Source: an uncultured delta proteobacterium (GTDB taxonomy: Bacteria > Desulfobacterota > Syntrophia > Syntrophales > UBA5619). Taken from it: DNA of 64,000 nt. The stretch's first letter is position 1. Every line of letters begins with the position of its first letter. Positions 62,356 through 64,000 of the stretch are shown piece by piece. The notes below the pieces were generated by a model that was not told the origin of the DNA, made no database searches, and was given only the letters and a program-made list of their open reading frames with translations. Made by a program: the position numbers and the translations under genes. The stretch is from contig CAWFOM010000002.1 in NCBI GenBank assembly GCA_963817385.1, forward strand, positions 77,322 through 141,321. Reading direction: 5' to 3'.

Positions 62356-63253
62356 ATGAGAGGCGGCATTGCAATCGGCGTTATCCTTCTCACCGGTATT
62401 TGGCTTTTCCCCGCCCCGCCGGTGCAGGCCGCCGCGGGAGATCAGACTCTGTACGAGGGCGATTCCATCTACCACCACATCACCATCCGCCAGGACGGCA
62501 TGGAGCGATGCATGATCTTCGGCCGCCAGCGGGACCTGCGGCAGACGTGCCTCGATCTCGAGAAGCCGGACGTCTCCATCTTCGAGTATACCTCCATGAT
62601 GTTCGCCGGTTTCCTCTTTAAGCCGGACGCAAACAAGGTCTGCCTTATCGGCCTCGGCGGGGGTTACATCCCGACGGTCTTTAGAATGCACCTCCCGCAG
62701 GTCCAGCTCCAGACGGTCGAGGTGGATCCCCTGGTGGAAAAGCTGGCCAAACAGTATTTCGGTTTCAGTGTTCCGGCGGGCCAGACGCTGACGATCGACG
62801 ACGGACGCCAGTTCCTCAAGAGAAGCCGGGAGCGCTACGACCAGATCTGGCTCGACGCGTTCAACTCAGACTATATCCCCGCTCATATGACGACGAAGGA
62901 GTTCCTGACGCTGGCCAAGTCGCGTCTGACAAAAGGCGGGATCGTCATCCAGAATCTCTTCTGCGGAAACAACCTCTACGACGCCCAGATCGCCACCTTC
63001 CGGACGGTTTTCACCAAGGTATTCGTCTTCGAAGGAAAGAGGAGCGGGAGCTGCATCATCGTCGCCTCCGACCACCCGGCGGTCGAGCCCGCAGGGCTCC
63101 GGAAGCAGGCGGAACGCCTGGACGGAAGGATCGGCATGATCGACCTTTTCGCCGAGGTGGGAAAATGCAAGAGCCTCACCGGTCGTCAAGAAAGCCCCGG
63201 TCCTGACCGACGATTACAACCCGGCAAACCTGCTGCTCATGCAAAAGAATTAG
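62356..63253 (+). CDS. Exported spermidine-synthase-like SAM-fold protein, +1 frameshift near 63180
   Basis: Signal peptide, IGLGGG, VEVDP, DDGRQFL, LDAF..IPAHMTT.EF; family C-terminus VLTDDYNP is in the shifted frame and ends at TAG 63253. Confidence 0.8.
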
Positions 63254-63285
63254 GGGTGGTCGGCAAAAAACACAGAGGAATCGAC

Positions 63286-63903
63286 ATGACAATCGTGTAC
63301 GCGGTCTTTATCCTGCTCTTAGTCACATTCGGCGCGGTGGTGATGAGCCTGGAGATCCTCTCTTCGAATCTGATGTCCCCCTACTTCGGGGGCTCCATCT
63401 ACATCTGGGGGAGCATCATCAGCTCCTTCATGGTCCATTTCTCCGTCGGCTACGTCCTCGGCGGCTGGCTCTCGCGGAGGCTCCCTCGGATCTCGGTCCT
63501 GGCGACCTTCCTCGTCGTCTGCTCACTTTGGGTTATCCTGATCCCGGCGATCTATAAACCCGTTTGCGAATTCATCTCCGCAAGCGTCGTCGATGTCCGC
63601 CTCGGATCGCTTATCGCCATGAACCTGATCTTCTTCGTGCCGGTCTCGATTATGGCAATGGTCTCTCCGTACATCATCGGGATCACCGCCTGCTGGCGGC
63701 AGTCGGGATTCACCGCCGGCATGGTCCTGTTCATCTCCACCGTCGGGTCATTCGCCGGGACAAACATAACGGCCTTTTACCTGATCAGCCTCTTTCCCGT
63801 CTCCCGGATCATCGTGGGTCTCGGCCTGATCTGCCTGGCCGTCTCCCTGATCGTGCTCGCCCTCGGCGTCGACCGACGGATCGTAATCCCGGCCACACAA
63901 TAA
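63286..63903 (+). CDS. Membrane domain homologous to the N-terminal part of fused MFS/spermidine synthase proteins
   Basis: Own RBS (GAGGA) and ATG; MSLEI...PYFG.SIYIW..IIS, ISTVGSF.GT; ~6 TM. Confidence 0.8.
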   Translation: MTIVYAVFILLLVTFGAVVMSLEILSSNLMSPYFGGSIYIWGSIISSFMVHFSVGYVLGGWLSRRLPRISVLATFLVVCSLWVILIPAIYKPVCEFISASVVDVRLGSLIAMNLIFFVPVSIMAMVSPYIIGITACWRQSGFTAGMVLFISTVGSFAGTNITAFYLISLFPVSRIIVGLGLICLAVSLIVLALGVDRRIVIPATQ

Positions 63904-64000
63904 AAAAGAGGGGTGGCCTCCATCCCGCCGCAGCCCACGGGAGGAGGCTTCGCAAGGGATACAAGGTGATCGTGCCTTGTGTTTTTCGCTAAGGATTGAG

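Noticed and set aside
62356..63903. Single 515 aa spermidine synthase-membrane fusion
   Set aside because: The conserved LTDDYNP end and stop are in a shifted frame, and the second gene has its own RBS and ATG

Overview
GC-rich bacterial window, probably from a Deltaproteobacteria/Desulfobacterota (Syntrophales-like) genome; that taxonomy is inferred from gene content only. The centrepiece is a ~21 kb extracellular electron transfer island (10172-31171). It has three OmcA/MtrC-family decaheme lipoproteins, one of them directly downstream of a Geobacter-type OmbB porin and OmaB periplasmic multiheme pair, which suggests a hybrid Pcc/Mtr conduit. The island also holds a c7 triheme cytochrome, CbcD/CbcE-like proteins, two SurA/PPIase-type chaperones, a heme-motif sensor kinase with a sigma54 activator, ResB/ResC cytochrome c maturation genes and several clear sigma54 promoters with a tandem palindromic enhancer. 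Left flank: tctCBA, clpS-clpA-aat, a selenium/sulfur trafficking trio (desulfurase, yedF, DUF3343), a thioesterase and ferritin. Right flank: mscS, a DMT exporter, a PlpD-type patatin autotransporter, a NEW3/ABC unit and a GntR-linked catabolic region with two ABC importers and tandem isocitrate dehydrogenase paralogs, one with a changed active site. After that come a peptidoglycan recycling operon (M15 peptidase, SpoIID/LytB, AmpG, MurU-AmgK fusion) and a split spermidine-synthase-like pair. Ten genes are broken by 12 frameshifts, each repairable by removing one base, which points to long-read insertion error rather than pseudogenisation. No rRNA, tRNA, CRISPR array or transposase was recognised. 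All homology calls are from recalled family motifs; no database search was run.
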